Source: Eledone cirrhosa (taxonomy: Eukaryota). From it: a stretch of 64,000 nt of DNA. Below the pieces are notes generated by a model that saw only the letters and a program-made list of their open reading frames with translations, made no database searches and was not told the origin of the DNA. The stretch lies in the NCBI GenBank assembly GCA_964016885.1, contig OZ024742.1, positions 155,248,001-155,312,000 on the forward strand, written 5' to 3'. The position numbers and the translations under genes are program-made. Below are positions 34,430 through 48,428 of the stretch, piece after piece. Position 1 is the first letter of the stretch, and each line of letters starts with the position of its first letter.

Positions 34430-34494
34430 ATACAAATACAAAGACCAACATTCGAAGAAGAATTTTGTAAATATTTATTATTTGTACAAATCAA

Positions 34495-34685
34495 GGGCGG
34501 TGAATTTGCAGTATCGGTAGAGGGTTGGACGTCATGCTTTCTAGCATAGTCACGTCCTTTTATGGTCTGAGTTCAAATCCCGTTGATGTTAACTTTGCTT
34601 TTTCTTCCTTACGGGGTCGATAAAATAAAGTACCAGTAATGTACTGGGTAATTGCAGGCATTGTGCCATAAGTAGAAACCATTAT
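34495..34685 (+). mobile_element. tRNA-derived SINE, full length
   Basis: Same family as 20980; 18-bp TSD ATTATTTGTACAAATCAA (34477-34494 and 34681-34698). Confidence 0.92.
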
Positions 34686-34765
34686 TTGTACAAATCAAAT
34701 CTTTAAGCAATAAATTACTGCTCATACCCTAAGTATGTCTCTCTCTCTCTCGCTCTCTCGTTCTC

Positions 34766-34856
<91 letters not shown>

Positions 34857-34860
<4 letters not shown>

Positions 34861-35556
34861 ATAATAAATAATAAATATATTATAATAATAAATTCGAAGA
34901 CTAAAATCCAAAGAGGGCTCGATAAGGATAAATATATATCAGATATATAAGAACCGTTGAGCAAATATTTATTAAAATAACAGATTAAGTTTAAGCAAAT
35001 AATCGCTGCTTTCACCCATAACGGGATTTTCTGGAACTAAAAAAGTCAATCTGTGAACGCAGAAGTAAATGTTTAAAAAAACGGTGCAACCCAAGGAGGA
35101 TAGGAAGACGATACTTCGGTTAGTGGAAACGTTCCCTGGCAGAGAACGGAAAAAAACGAAGTTATACCAATTACGTGGTTTTGTCTTTGCGTGTAAGTGT
35201 TCTCAGTGTCCACATAATGACGTATTATCTTCATTTTTTCCGTTCATTGCCAGAGGATGTCTCCATGAACCATCTAATAGAATATTAGTCTACGACTTCA
35301 TTCATACCAGAAACGTGGTTTTGTCTTTGCGTGTAATTGTTTTCACCGCGCCAAATAATGACGTATTATCTTCGTTTTTTTCCGTTCTTTGCCAGGGAAC
35401 GTTTCCTCGAACCAAATTATCGTCTTCCTGTCTTCCTTCGGTTGCAACGTTTTTTGAAATATTTACTTCTGCGTTCACAGATTGACTTTTTTTTTATTTC
35501 AGAAGATCCCGTTAAGGGTGAAAGCAGCGATTCTTTGCTTAAACTTTAATCTGTTA

Positions 35557-35564
<8 letters not shown>
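34857..35564. mobile_element. Family C PLE-like pLTR insertion with inverted arms (~34857-35161 minus; ~35173-35564 plus)
   Basis: 34970-35160 is the reverse complement of ~35370-35564; homologous to 14201-15146; ends in (TA)n. Confidence 0.7.
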
Positions 35565-35587
<23 letters not shown>

Positions 35588-35593
<6 letters not shown>

Positions 35594-38500
35594 TCAGGTT
35601 ATCAATAATGTAGTGATAATATATCGTTACGTTAGAGATGAACAGCGTACGTGCAGGTTTGCTCAACGAGTATAAATTATATTCCGGAGAAATGTAGAAA
35701 GGATGAATATAAAATGAAAGTGCTTTTGTTAAAAAAGGAATTTATTAGGTGTTGACATATGTTTCTGTAACAGACCGAATACCTATGTATCGCTGCTTGC
35801 GTAATCATATAATGTTAGCAAGTATTCGATAGCAAATGTATAATCAGTTGTCACTTCTTCAGAGATTTTGGATAAACTGGATAAAATCAGAATAATTGAA
35901 GTATTTATATTAGTAAAAGAGGAAGGAACAGAGGGGACAGTATATGACAGATGGTAAAATAATTTACTGCTAGACAAGTATATAATGGGTTTTTAATGAG
36001 AATACCATGAGTAAATCTAAATAAGAATTTTGGGAGTGCCAATTTTAATCTCTACTTGACCAACTGGACAGTGGACAGGGCTGGTCATTTGGTGCAGTAG
36101 TATTAATTATAAAGTGTCAATTGGGGATGGGGAGATTTCGATTGCTACTAAATAACATCAATGCTAGTAGCCAGCTGGTATATGCATTAGGGAATTGAAT
36201 CAAGAAATCAGAAATCTCATTTTATCTATAGCCGTTTGTATTAAAAGGTAAATAATAGAAGAGTTGATAGAATTAAGACTAATACAGAATGTTCATATCT
36301 ATTTTGACAATCAAACGGGGATAGAGACAGGCGTTCAATCCTGGTAGTATTTATAATATGAAAATGTAGATTTTAAGCGATGGTTACAGTATAACGATCG
36401 CTCTATTCTGTTATTTAATAAAATGTTTTTGGATTTCATAATACAAAATAATTCTACATTACATAATTTACAAAATTCCTGTCCATTGGATTATGGGGGG
36501 GGGGCAGTCGCTATTATATCCCATTTTAGGTGAAATTGTTGGTTATTTTCACGCAGCTGCCAAGCCTTGTCTGCCAGTGTTGTTACATAACGCTGGTTTT
36601 CATGTTTTATCGAATAACGATGTCTATAAAGGAGTGATTTGAAGGAGGTGGCTGTAGATCCCACATAGTACCACTTCTGTCTATCCGATTCGATAGTACA
36701 TTTGTATACGATGTTGCGTTCAAGACACTGATTGTTCAACGGACACATTCCTGGTTGGACACAGTTGCAATTATAATTTTGCGTTGTTGTATTGCCATGG
36801 ATGGGTTGATGAGGTTGCTTATGTAGGACAGGATGTTGTTTGTTGTTTTGTGATGTTATAGCTAATGTTTTACGTGTATAGTTATGTGCTGGAAGGCGTT
36901 TATACAACCGTTTTGCGTTAAACTTTTTTATATGTTGTTCAATATTAGGGGCGGTTGAATATGAAAGTCGAATAGTGTTAGGGTTTAAGATTTTATTATA
37001 TTTATGTGATGTTGGAAAGTGTTTTCTAACTAATCGAAAGAATTTTGAGGGTAGATTGGTTTTAATAGAGTTGTTATAGACCGGGTTGTACCAGATATAC
37101 TCCTTACATCGCCTTCTGTTTGGTGGTGTGCGACTATAATTGTGTCTATTGCGGTAGTGTATGTATGGTGGTGATTATGTGCTATTTCTACTCCTATGTG
37201 ATTTATTTTGGGTGTTTTGGTGATCTTTGACTATATACTCTATATTATCTAGGTGACCGGCTTTCCTAAGTGCATCATCATAATACTCGGCATGTTCTTT
37301 GAAGGTTTGTTGGTTGGACGATAGGCGGGAGATCCTAAGAGAAACATTTCTAGGGATGGATTTAATTATAGAGAGTGGAAGGTTAGAACTCGTATTTACA
37401 TATTTAAGGTTCTCATTTAGTTTATGGAACGGTTTAATCGTATCTGTATTGAGATTGAAAGTAACATCAAGGAAATTGACCTCTTTGAGGTTATATTCAA
37501 ATGTAATATTTAATCCTAGTTCCTTAAAAAGCTTTCTGATATTTTTACGCATCCTTTCTAAATTCTGGTTATTCATATGCTTAACTAATAGGAGCGCATC
37601 GTCACGGTAAATTCCACCGTGGAGATCCTTGAATTTTCCTTGTAATCTGTGGGTGATATAAATTCCCACAAGATCTGTTACTTCCGCCGAATCATTAGAA
37701 CCCATAGTGATATCAAAATTAGAAGGTCTATCTTTGCGAACCCAGTAGCTATCATCGAATTTAACTATAGTTTTTCTCGCTTCCATAATAATTTTAATTT
37801 CAGCATCCGTAAGGTCGGAATTATCCTTAGCGAACGAAAGAGCTTCATGTAGAGTATCAGGTGAAATTGAGGAATAATATTCATCAATATCAAACTGAAT
37901 AAATTTCGATTTTTTCTTATCAGTAATGTTATTAAACCATCTTATTGCTTCATGAGTGTTACCCCATAGTTTAATCTCTACTTTAACCTTAACTTGGGGG
38001 ATAATTCTGTCTAGTATATATTTGCTAATTTTACCTATATCAGATTTAGAGGGGCATATAAGTCTAATATTAGGGTTAGTATCGAAGTTTACCTTGTGGT
38101 CCTTCAGGTTGAAGGATGGTATAGCTGGTGTTAAGGGTTGCGTTCTATCGTCAATACAAAGTTTTTTAACAATATCACATGCCGAGTTGTTGATGTTTTT
38201 AAGTGTGGCTTCATTAGTTTTCCTGTATTTATAATTAATACTACTGCACCAAATGACCAGCCCTGTCCACTGTCCAGTTGGTCAAGTAGAGATTAAAATT
38301 GGCACTCCCAAAATTCTTATTTAGATTTACTCATGGTATTCTCATTAAAAATCTATTATATACTTGTCTAGCAGTAAATTATTTTACCATCTGTCATATA
38401 CTATCCCCTCTGTTCCTTCCTCTTTTACTAATATAAATACTTCAATTTTTCTGATTTTATCCAGTTTATCCAGAATCTCTGAAAAAGTGACAACTGATTA

Positions 38501-38648
38501 TACATTTGCTATCGAATACTTGCTAACATTATATGATTACGCAAGCAGCGATACATAGGTATTCGGTCTGTTACAGAAACATATGTCAACACCTAATAAA
38601 TTCCTTTTTTAACAAAAGCACTTTCATTTTATATACATCCTTTCTATA
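35588..38648 (-). mobile_element. Hydra-clade-like PLE, 5'-truncated: RT + GIY-YIG (~36360-38235) and 3' region, with inverted pLTR arm ~38228-38648
   Basis: LKDHKVNF..RLICPSKSDIGKISK, FIQFDIDEYYSSI, FDITMGSNDSAEV, IYRDDAL, VNFLDV, WYNP, CPLNNQCLERNIVY..YVGST; 35695-36113 is the reverse complement of 38228-38648. Confidence 0.92.
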
Positions 38649-38807
38649 TATATATATATATATATATATATTGTATAAACAACGTTCGCCACATTTAATG
38701 TGTATGCCCGTCTTGAGATTTGGGGTTCCAATTATGGCCACCTCTCTAGTTTTAGGATGCCTCTACAAAACTGGCCTCTCATCGGGCGCTCACACAAAAG
38801 TATGAAA

Positions 38808-38990
38808 ATAATTGTTTCTACTTTAGGCACAAGGCCAGTAGTTAACAAGTACATCACTCGTACTTTATTTTATCGACCCCGTAAGGATGAAAGGCAAAAT
38901 TAACCTCGGCGGGATTTGAGCTCAGAATGTACGTAACTATGCTAGAAAGCATGGCGTCCATCCCTCTACCGATACTGCCAATTCACCGCC
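38808..38990 (-). mobile_element. tRNA-derived SINE
   Basis: Same family; 19-bp TSD ACAAAAGTATGAAAATAAT (38794-38812 and 38993-39011). Confidence 0.92.
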
Positions 38991-39178
38991 ATACAAAAGT
39001 ATGAAAATAATGAACATTGTTTATACTAAACAAGCTCACTTCCAATAGATTGGGCATTATTTTCCTTTCCCTTTTATTTTCGGATATTCTGCATGCACCC
39101 CTACACGTACACACACACACACATACACACATACACACACACACACACTCACACACGTATATATATATATATATATAT

Positions 39179-40560
39179 AATTTCTTTTGCGAGGTTTTTG
39201 ATATGAAATCGTGTATCCAAACAAATATTGTTATACTTGGGCAGGGTCATATCGTTCTGATAATATTGCCAGAAATAATAACAGAACACTCTCACAGTTT
39301 GGTTGTTTTCGCTTCTGAATCTTTTGTATCTCCATAGTTAATATATTTGGCAATCAATATTTATCATTGACTGACCAAGAGAAATGGAAATACACATCCA
39401 ACAATTCATCATCCGCATGCAATTCTCCGGCTACTACCAAAGAGACAGAATCAGAGTATACAAAGGAGCCACGGAGAAGAATAGGACCCTCATAGAACTG
39501 GACATGAAAGGAATTTGCCCATTTTACAGGAGCAAATTATGGAATAGATTAGATAGAACTAAACATAAGATAGGGAAAGCCACCTCATCGTACGACATAC
39601 AGAAATACCAGAGTGTCATGTTCGTGGATACTACCCTTGGGGAGAAATTAGCTAACCGATATAGAAAGGCACTAAGAAAGACCCACTTAAAGATTAAAGT
39701 AGTAGAAAAGCCAGGAACTACCATAACATCCCTGATCAGCAAAACATACTCCTTTAAGAAAATCTACTGTACTAATAAGAAATGTGTTATAAGTAAAGTG
39801 AATCCCCAGATAAATGGTAAAACTAGAAATATAGTCTATAGCATAAGATGTACAGATGGTACTTGCAGAAACATGACAACGACATACATAGATGAGACAG
39901 CTCCAAGCATATGAGAAAGAGTAGACCAATACTGGGGTGGGGGTGGGATTAAAAGGAAAAAAAGAACGGTTCAGTACTATACGAACACGCCAGACAAAAG
40001 CATGACGGTAACATAGACAACATGGATATTAAAATGATATCTAAACATAGAAATGACCCAACAGGTAGGCAAATCAGAGAAGCGAGCGAAATAGAGCTTG
40101 GAAAGCCAAAGTTAAACAGACGAAATGAATGGAATGGCAAACAATACTGACTTAAGAGAAATATAAATAAATAAATATATACACAAGTGCAATAACAACA
40201 AACACACATAAACACCCACCAAACATTATACACACAGGCAGACGCATGCGCAGAGACGGAAACAAAAATAAATAAATAAAATAAAAATGGCTTACACACT
40301 ACAGTACAACACAATAGGAAGAAACATAATAATAGTACCACTGATGATGTTGCAGATGTGCAACGAAATAACTTTGTTAGACTATATATATATATATTTA
40401 TTTATATCTGCATTTATAACCGTTGGTCAGTCAATGATGAATATTGATTGCCAAATAAATTAACTATGGAGATACAAAAGATGCAGAGGCGAAAACCAAC
40501 CAAAGACTGAGTGTGCTCTGTTATTATTCCTGGGAATACAACAATATGACCCTCCCCATA
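39179..40560 (+). mobile_element. Degenerate copy of the main PLE family: inverted pLTR arm 39179-39378 plus thumb/EN/pLTR 39379-40560
   Basis: ORF 39384-39914 aligns to the main ORF (MEIHIQQFIIRMQFSGY..KVVEKPG..YIDETA); hammerhead core at ~40342; both tails in TA. Confidence 0.93.
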
Positions 40561-40573
40561 TATATATATATAT

Positions 40574-41905
40574 GGAGGGTCATATTGTTGTAATAATATT
40601 ATCAGCATATAATTACACCCCACAGCATCACACTCTATGATCAGCTAATTCCTCTACTTAACTTCTATTTATGTCTAAACTTATACTCTACAATAACTAT
40701 TAGGAATAAACATAAGGATACCACCATTTAATATAACTACTATAGCTTACTTATATTATATTCAGTAATGGATAGATAATAATACAATGACTCATTTAAT
40801 GTATTATAGGAAAATAAATTATATTTATAATTAAATATATAAATTGTATATATGTATATATATATAAGGGATTCACTTATAACATAGTATAATGTATATT
40901 AATAACACCATAGATGTAACTAATTGGACCTGTAAACAACTGTACATTTTTTCTATAGCTTACTTATATTTTATTCAGTAATGGATAGATAACAATATAA
41001 TGAGACCTTTAATGTTGTATAGGAAAATAGATTATATTTAAAATAAATAGCATTATATAAAAGGGATTCACCTCTAATACAATATAATGTATATTAGCAA
41101 AAGGAATTTAACTAATTCGAGCTGTAAACAACTATACCTTTTTTTTCTATTTTTTTCTATCATATACAAATTAATCGCTAATTACCTCCCCTTTCACATT
41201 AGCCCACCTTAATATAGATCTCAGACTCACTTCCGGAAATTAAACCGTTAGAATAATCACTCAAGAATAGCTCGAACCCGGGATAACAGGATCAATATAT
41301 AATCCATAGCTGTATCTTATTATAAACATTCACTAAAATAAAATATACCCAGTGTAATGGAAAAGTTAACAATAATAATAATACTCTCAACACAAGCTCT
41401 TTTGAACATTACGGAAACAATTATCACTCTACATCCAACAAAAACTTATAATTTTAATACACAAACACATTTCCTTGCTTGATATGCTTGTAAACCTATG
41501 TTATTGTATGTGATACCTTTGCTATGCAGTAATTATATATGCTTAGTACCATTCTTTGTTTCCTACCTAACTGTCCTGTATATGCCTAACGCATTTGCAC
41601 TATCTATACTGCTTTAATTGTTATACTATTCTCTTGTAATCTCTGTCACATGCATTCCACTCTGTGTCTCTTTCATTATTATACAATTCTCTTGTAATCT
41701 CTGTCACATCCATTCCACTCTGTAAATACGTAACTATTGATGACGACATTAATATCCATGTATCTATATGATTGTTCAGTTGAATAGGTAGTTTATTATA
41801 TGTCCAAAGGTTGCTAGTGATCCGAGGATCTAAACGAAAGTTTGGAAGAAACGATTGTCAACAATAAAATGATTTGAACATAGTTTTGATTATTGTGTAA
41901 TTTAT
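40574..41905 (+). mobile_element. Old PLE-like remnant with ~215-bp internal tandem duplication, preceded by a short inverted main-family tail
   Basis: GGAGGGTCATATTG at 40574; TATAGCTTACTTATATT..TAAACAACT repeated at ~40740 and ~40954; degenerate hammerhead end GAAACGATTGTC at ~41847; ends in (TA)n. Confidence 0.4.
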
Positions 41906-42108
41906 ATATATATAGTGGCCCATATATATATATATATATATATATAAATATATGGGATAACAACTTATCGTTATATGCAATCCCGTTAGAATACTCAGCG
42001 CCATGGATAGTTTACACGTACGGCTTTGTTTGACTCAACAAGATGTTTTCATAATTATGCAGCGAGTTCGCGGTAAATTCTATGCAGGTTATACTTGGAG
42101 TAACAATA

Positions 42109-42334
42109 GTTAAAAAAATAAGAGTAAGAGTAACATGGTTGGCTGTACAATAAGGGCTGTACAATATCTACCTGCTCTGATGTGTTGACCAGTTGTAAAC
42201 AATGTATAGGGGATCGATTGACGCAACCTCAAGCGATAGCGAACTCTAGACGCACCTGACCAACGAAACAATTGTCATTACTTTAAATAAAGCCCTTATT
42301 GTACAGCCAACCATGTTACTCTTCTTTCTTTAAC
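42109..42334 (+). mobile_element. Tiny PLE-like pLTR piece with inverted terminal arm and hammerhead-like motif
   Basis: 42109-42158 is the reverse complement of 42291-42334; CTGATG-T-GTTG..CAAC-GAAA-CAATTG-TC (42177-42276); right end in (TA)n. Confidence 0.55.
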
Positions 42335-42350
42335 TATATATATATATATA

Positions 42351-42579
<229 letters not shown>

Positions 42580-42647
42580 GTTATTCCAGGTTGAATCGGA
42601 GGTAACCACAGTAAGTAAGGTATTCAATACATTGCAGAGTATAAAAG

Positions 42648-42766
<119 letters not shown>

Positions 42767-42820
42767 CTGTGTGTATGTATATATATATATAGAAGAAACC
42801 TGAAATAACACGTTTTTATC

Positions 42821-42874
<54 letters not shown>

Positions 42875-43114
42875 CGCTTAAAAATATTTCAGGTTTCTTC
42901 TTTTTTTTGTAATCCGACAGAATATATACGTATATTTGTATTTGCTACACTCAACTATATTAAGTTTTATCAAATGTAACCGTCTCCAATGTAGGGCAAT
43001 CTTACATCTTAGAAAAAAATATGTTATCCTATATGTGGGTTAGAATTTATGTCCTACATTTTTACCTTTTCCTTAATTATCCTCGATTATTGTGGGCATT
43101 TCAAAACATTTTCC

Positions 43115-43193
<79 letters not shown>

Positions 43194-43619
43194 CGATGTA
43201 TTAATGCCACTGTTCCTTTTCTTCTTATTTTATTCAGTTTCCGATCCATAAATTATTCCACAGTAAACTCTACTTTTACGTTTGTATTACAATTCATTGC
43301 CTCGGGCGTGGTGAGACATTTGGGAGTATGAAACCAAATATCTGCTTGTCTCCATTTGTTTTTTGGTGGATATGGGAAACAAATGTTACATTTTACTTAA
43401 GTTTTAATGTCAATATAATTGTAAAACCAACCGTAAATGTTAAATCCAGAGTATACACTTCATGTTGTAAAACAAAGCAAATATTTTCTTCTTTAATGTC
43501 AGAAGTTAGTTTGAAATATTCGTTATTATTACGATCTACTGTTTTCACTTTACTCGATGAAAACCCGACTCTGTGTAGCGTTTTCTCATTTTATTGCCCG
43601 CAATGAACTTAACCCTGGT

Positions 43620-43753
43620 TTCTTCTTCTTCTTCTTCTTCTTCTTCTTCTTCTTCTTCTTCTTCTTCTTCTTCTTCTTCTTCTTCTTCTTCTTCTTCTTC
43701 TTCTTCTTCTTCTTCTTCTTCTTTTTCTTCTTCTTCTTCTTCTTCTTCTTCTT
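43620..43753. repeat. (TTC)n/(GAA)n microsatellite
   Basis: Direct reading. Confidence 0.97.
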
Positions 43754-45175
43754 CCACCTCACCACTACACTTGTATTATCTACGCCAAAGTAACCTAAAA
43801 ATGCTGGTCGCGACCAAATTAATCTAACATAACTGATATGGTACCCTATCTATCTGGCATTTCAAGACGTTTTGAAGTTTCAATGGGATTGGACATAATG
43901 TTCCGATCTCAACAGGTATCGCATTCACCTTGTATTCCACATCGGCTTGCCAGCTTCAATTTCAATTCAGAGTACTTGATATTTTTTTCAATTTCCCTAT
44001 TTGCAATAGCTATGCCAATTGGTTGGGTCTCGTTGACTATCTGACAGTATTTGCCTTTCTTGTTCAATAAAACAATGTCCGGTGTTTTATTGGTATTTCT
44101 GTTACAAAAGCCAATGAATGTATAGGCAAACATTATCAGGGCGCCACTCGTATTCCCTTTGAGCAGGGCTCACACATCCACTTGAGATGTGGGCCACATT
44201 TTCCACATGCTTTCCACAGAGCCTGCTCAATTGTGTGTTAGATATTTTGTAGATGTTATACTTTACCGAATTCTTAGCAATAGCTTTTTCTGCAAATATA
44301 AGGCGCTCAGCGATACATTTCAAATCGCCTTGCTTAAGGCATGACTCCGATGTTGATATATCCTTGATATAGTGAGTATTTCATTCAAATTAACCACGCA
44401 TGCTCATTCCTAGATCTTATTTTGTTTTCTCTTCATTTCTTTTTTTCAATTCTTCCTTTCCAATCATTTCTACTGCTTTCTTACCCATAGCTACTGCTGC
44501 ATCTTCTAACAAAGCTTTGTCACTGCTAACAAAATATTCTGCAAACGTTCAGTTTTCATTCATTACACAATAATCCCTCCTAGTGGCATCTGCCACCATA
44601 TTTTCTTTACATGTATCTTCTATTAATACTTGCTTTAGTGTTTATTTCTTCTTCAATCTAACTCTGAATGGATGCACTATATATACCTACTGCAATTTTC
44701 CAGATATTTATCACAGCGGTCAAATTTCTCGCATTCATGTTGGGTTTTAAAACATTTTAATTATTTTTTCATATAACCTTCGAAGATTTGCTTCCCATAC
44801 TGCGTGCCAAATATCATCTAACTCTAAGATCCCAAATATTTATAGTTACGATGTGCTGATTCTCTCATGGTTTCTCTTGATGACAGTCGTAATCCAGCAC
44901 AGGCTTCTCCCTTCTCTCATCTCACGTTGATTACATATCCTTTGGAAATCCCGAATTCTATACCGATGTCACTACTACATATCTGGACAGTTTTGACCAA
45001 TGAGTATTTTTGGTGTCCAGCCATCTCAAATAGTTACAGTTTATGCTTTCCACATTGGTGGTCCATTTTTATTTTGCTGAGTGTGAGTGTTATAGGTATG
45101 AGTGATATACCAAATAGTAGCGGTGAGATTTAGACTCCTTGGAAGATAATTCTTCTAATGTAAATTTATCCCAGA
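43754..45175 (-). mobile_element. Degenerate R4/Dong-like non-LTR retrotransposon (RT C-half, CCHC, restriction-like endonuclease)
   Basis: IFQG..SPLLF, YKYLG, RLCGKHVENVAHISSGC..AQREY..R.DNV, PDIVL..KY..L; many stops and frameshifts. Confidence 0.8.
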
Positions 45176-45647
45176 AAGATATAACTTTATATAAATATAC
45201 ACATACATTTATAGAAAGAGAAGGACAATGTTAGAGAATATTATATCATTTTATGTTTATGGTTATCATTTTCATTTTCGATTCGTGCGTCCTATGTGCA
45301 ATCCTACCCGAAATAATATAAACCGGGGGGCGGGAATGTGAATACTTGTGAATGTTGCTGTACACACACTGCGATAAGAAAGTATTGTGTATATACATGG
45401 ATTTTGCTTGTTTGCTTACATCAATATTCGACTGTTCTGCACACATGTTTTCAATAACTTGGTTTTCCATTCTGAAATGCTATTAAGCTACAACTTTGTG
45501 ATGTCAGCAATACCATACATCTGCAGGAATTCACCGAAGAAGGAATGGCGCAACATTTCCTATGTCGTCTTAAAATCAACCCAGGTCATATACAGTAGCT
45601 GTAATCCATTGGGTAATTGCTAGCCTTGTGCCAAAAGTAGAAAGAAT

Positions 45648-46110
45648 TATTATTATTATTGGAGTCTCAGTCACTGGATAGTCTGTTCAAATGAACATCA
45701 AGCCACAACCTGCAGTCTCAGATACTCACGACGTATCGGAGGGTTCTTGCTGTTACCAACAAGCATGCCGTGTGAAGTTTTCCAAAAAAAGGTGGTGGGA
45801 CTAATGTTTTTAAACCATTCCTGAAAAGTTTTTGTGATAGTACGTAGTGATCCTATGACAATCGGAACGAACTTTATCTCAAAACTGTCCCAAATCCTTT
45901 TTAATTCCGACTTTAAAACCTGGTATCGTTTAATTTTCTCCTTCGTCTTTATTGCACTCTTGTGACAAATGGGTACGATCTTTTGTCCTTGTCAAAAGCC
46001 ACCAGGCCAGGCCTATTGTGTTCTAATTTCTTGTTGTCCATATCCTGAAATCATATAGCCTCTTAACTTGATCGTTTTCTATCACCGACTCTGGCTTATG
46101 CACATACAAC
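45648..46110 (-). mobile_element. 3' end of a second R4/Dong-like element ending in (TAA)n
   Basis: EKIKRYQVLKSELKRIW..FVPIVIGSL..ACLLVTARTLR; tail is ATTATTATTATT on the plus strand. Confidence 0.75.
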
Positions 46111-46461
46111 TTATAAATAAGCAACATATATAACAGCGGCATCGGCAACAGCATCAGTAACAACAAATATAGCTACTCGAAAAAAACATCCAAATCTATG
46201 GGGCACCGTCTTTTCGATTTTACGGATGAAATCAGCAGTTTAGCGACCGGCGCGAAAGAGAAGCGGTCGGGAATCTTCCGCTCCTTTGCATTCCCACAGC
46301 GGTGACTGAGTTGCAGCACCATGGTGTCCATAATTCGGGTTTTACCTTCCTCAAAGAAAACTCCCTCCTATTTGCCCTTTGGATGACCTCGGTGGCTTTA
46401 TACATACACACATGCACATAAACACTCAAACACACGCGACACTACGCCACATGCACCTACA

Positions 46462-46504
<43 letters not shown>

Positions 46505-48084
46505 TCTATTCAATTGGCAGTTACGAGACGGACAACGGCGAATACATTGTCAAATCCCTTTACCATCATCCAACTTCTGAAGATCATCATTCAAGCCAGC
46601 GCCCATTGAATTGCAACCATATAAATAAAGTGAGAAGATGTAGTAAAATATGAGAGACTGAATCGTTTCGAATAAATACGCATATAAAAGTTAACGTGTA
46701 CGTAAAGCCCTGGTGTAATCTGCAACAAGTTAACCACGAGGAAATTGGGACTTTAAGCCTGAGTCGATACATCAGCGACACGCATATTAAATGTGACCGA
46801 GTTGGGATAACCTGGATGTCAGTTGAGATCAAAAACTTATAGGGGCGAGGAATATATTCAAATGGACGGAAGATAGATTTATAATATGATAGAGTGTGAA
46901 TTAAAGGTCTAGGTTACATGCTTGAAGAAGTTATGTAACTCGAGTGAATATTCCAAGATTCTTTGCTAGATTCTTTATGAATGCCATGATTATATTTTCC
47001 CTCTATCGTCCATGGTATGTTATTAGTATTGTCTTTATTCACGGAAAAGTATAGAGCCCCTGCTCGTCATAATAAAATTGATGGGTTAAGTTAAGAATAT
47101 CAACAGATGATGTCTCATAATCAGAATAATTTTATTTTTGATTACATTTCGTTTTGTATTCGTTGATGGATTGGTCATGATTGCACAGTGTTTAGTGATT
47201 GGTCTGTCTCATGAATGTTGGAGTATGTCTACCCAAAATCAATATTACTACTGTATGTACAACGTATTGATTTTTGTGTTTGGAGAAGTGTCCATACGTT
47301 GTAGCTCACCTTTCGTTGGTTTCAACCAAATAACCAAATTACAACTTTCTATCCAGGACACACGTTTTATCTTACTTCCAACGGCACACACTCACACATA
47401 CATGTCCATACGGTACAAAAATACACACCATACGCATATATAATGCACGTTCGTCTATTTATAAAAGTGAATGCAATAGATTGTTCATCATCTTCAGGTG
47501 ACCTATTATCGATCATACTCTTGTAAATGTGCTTTATTATTGCAAGTATAATATTATTAAAATTTGATAACATATTTATGTAATAGTATCATTATAAACA
47601 ACCTCAGTAGTGCTACATACTTCAGCTTCTATAAAATGAATGAGAGTTTGTGAATATTTCTCGTGAATAATTTACAATTTATTTCAGACTTAGTTAAAGA
47701 CGGGCATGATTAAATCGCCATAGATACAGTAAAGATAACAAACATTGGATTCGACGTCTGACACATTACGGTAACACATTGCTGTCAACTTCTTGTATAA
47801 ATCTTCACCATAATGCTGATTGCCAATCGCAAAATGTCCAATAAAATACACTGCTTATGTGATATGTTTGACATATTGAGACACTTTAAACCTGACCCCA
47901 TTATAGAAAGTAAAACTTAGATTTCTATGTTTCAACGATGAATTATTATTCAAGAAGCACACTTTGATTTCATTATTAATGATTTTTTATCTAAACTGCA
48001 GTAACTTTACTTCCATTTCGAATCGTCATCGTGTATTATTTCCGCAGGGCCGCATGTACATATGATATTCCTAACGCGAACCGG

Positions 48085-48330
48085 GACATGCTTTGGGCTC
48101 TAGAGCAAGACACTTTATTTTATTTCACTTTGTAACAGTTCACTTTACAGTCGAGATGAAAGTTTGATTGTGTGGGGTGTCATGATCTATCGAGATTGGC
48201 TTTTCCGTTTATGACGTGGAGGGGTGAGGCTGGCATGCGTGGGTGACTGCCGGTCCTCCAGAAAAACAACTTTCCAGGACTTGTAACTTGGAAGTAGAAA
48301 ACGCTTGGTCATCTGTGACCGAAGGGATTC
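48085..48330 (+). mobile_element. Diverged SINE-like repeat
   Basis: TAGAGCAAGACACTTTATTT core resembles the TTGAGCAACACACTT segment of the 61633 SINE. Confidence 0.35.
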
Positions 48331-48428
48331 CTATATATATATATATAGTTCTGTATAATGGTAGCTATTGTGCTTCCATAGGTGGTATGCCAACATTAGC
48401 ACTCGATATTCAGCAGAATAGAGTGTAG

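Noticed and set aside
43545-43827. Poly-E/poly-S/poly-F ORFs
   Set aside because: Frames of the (TTC)n repeat
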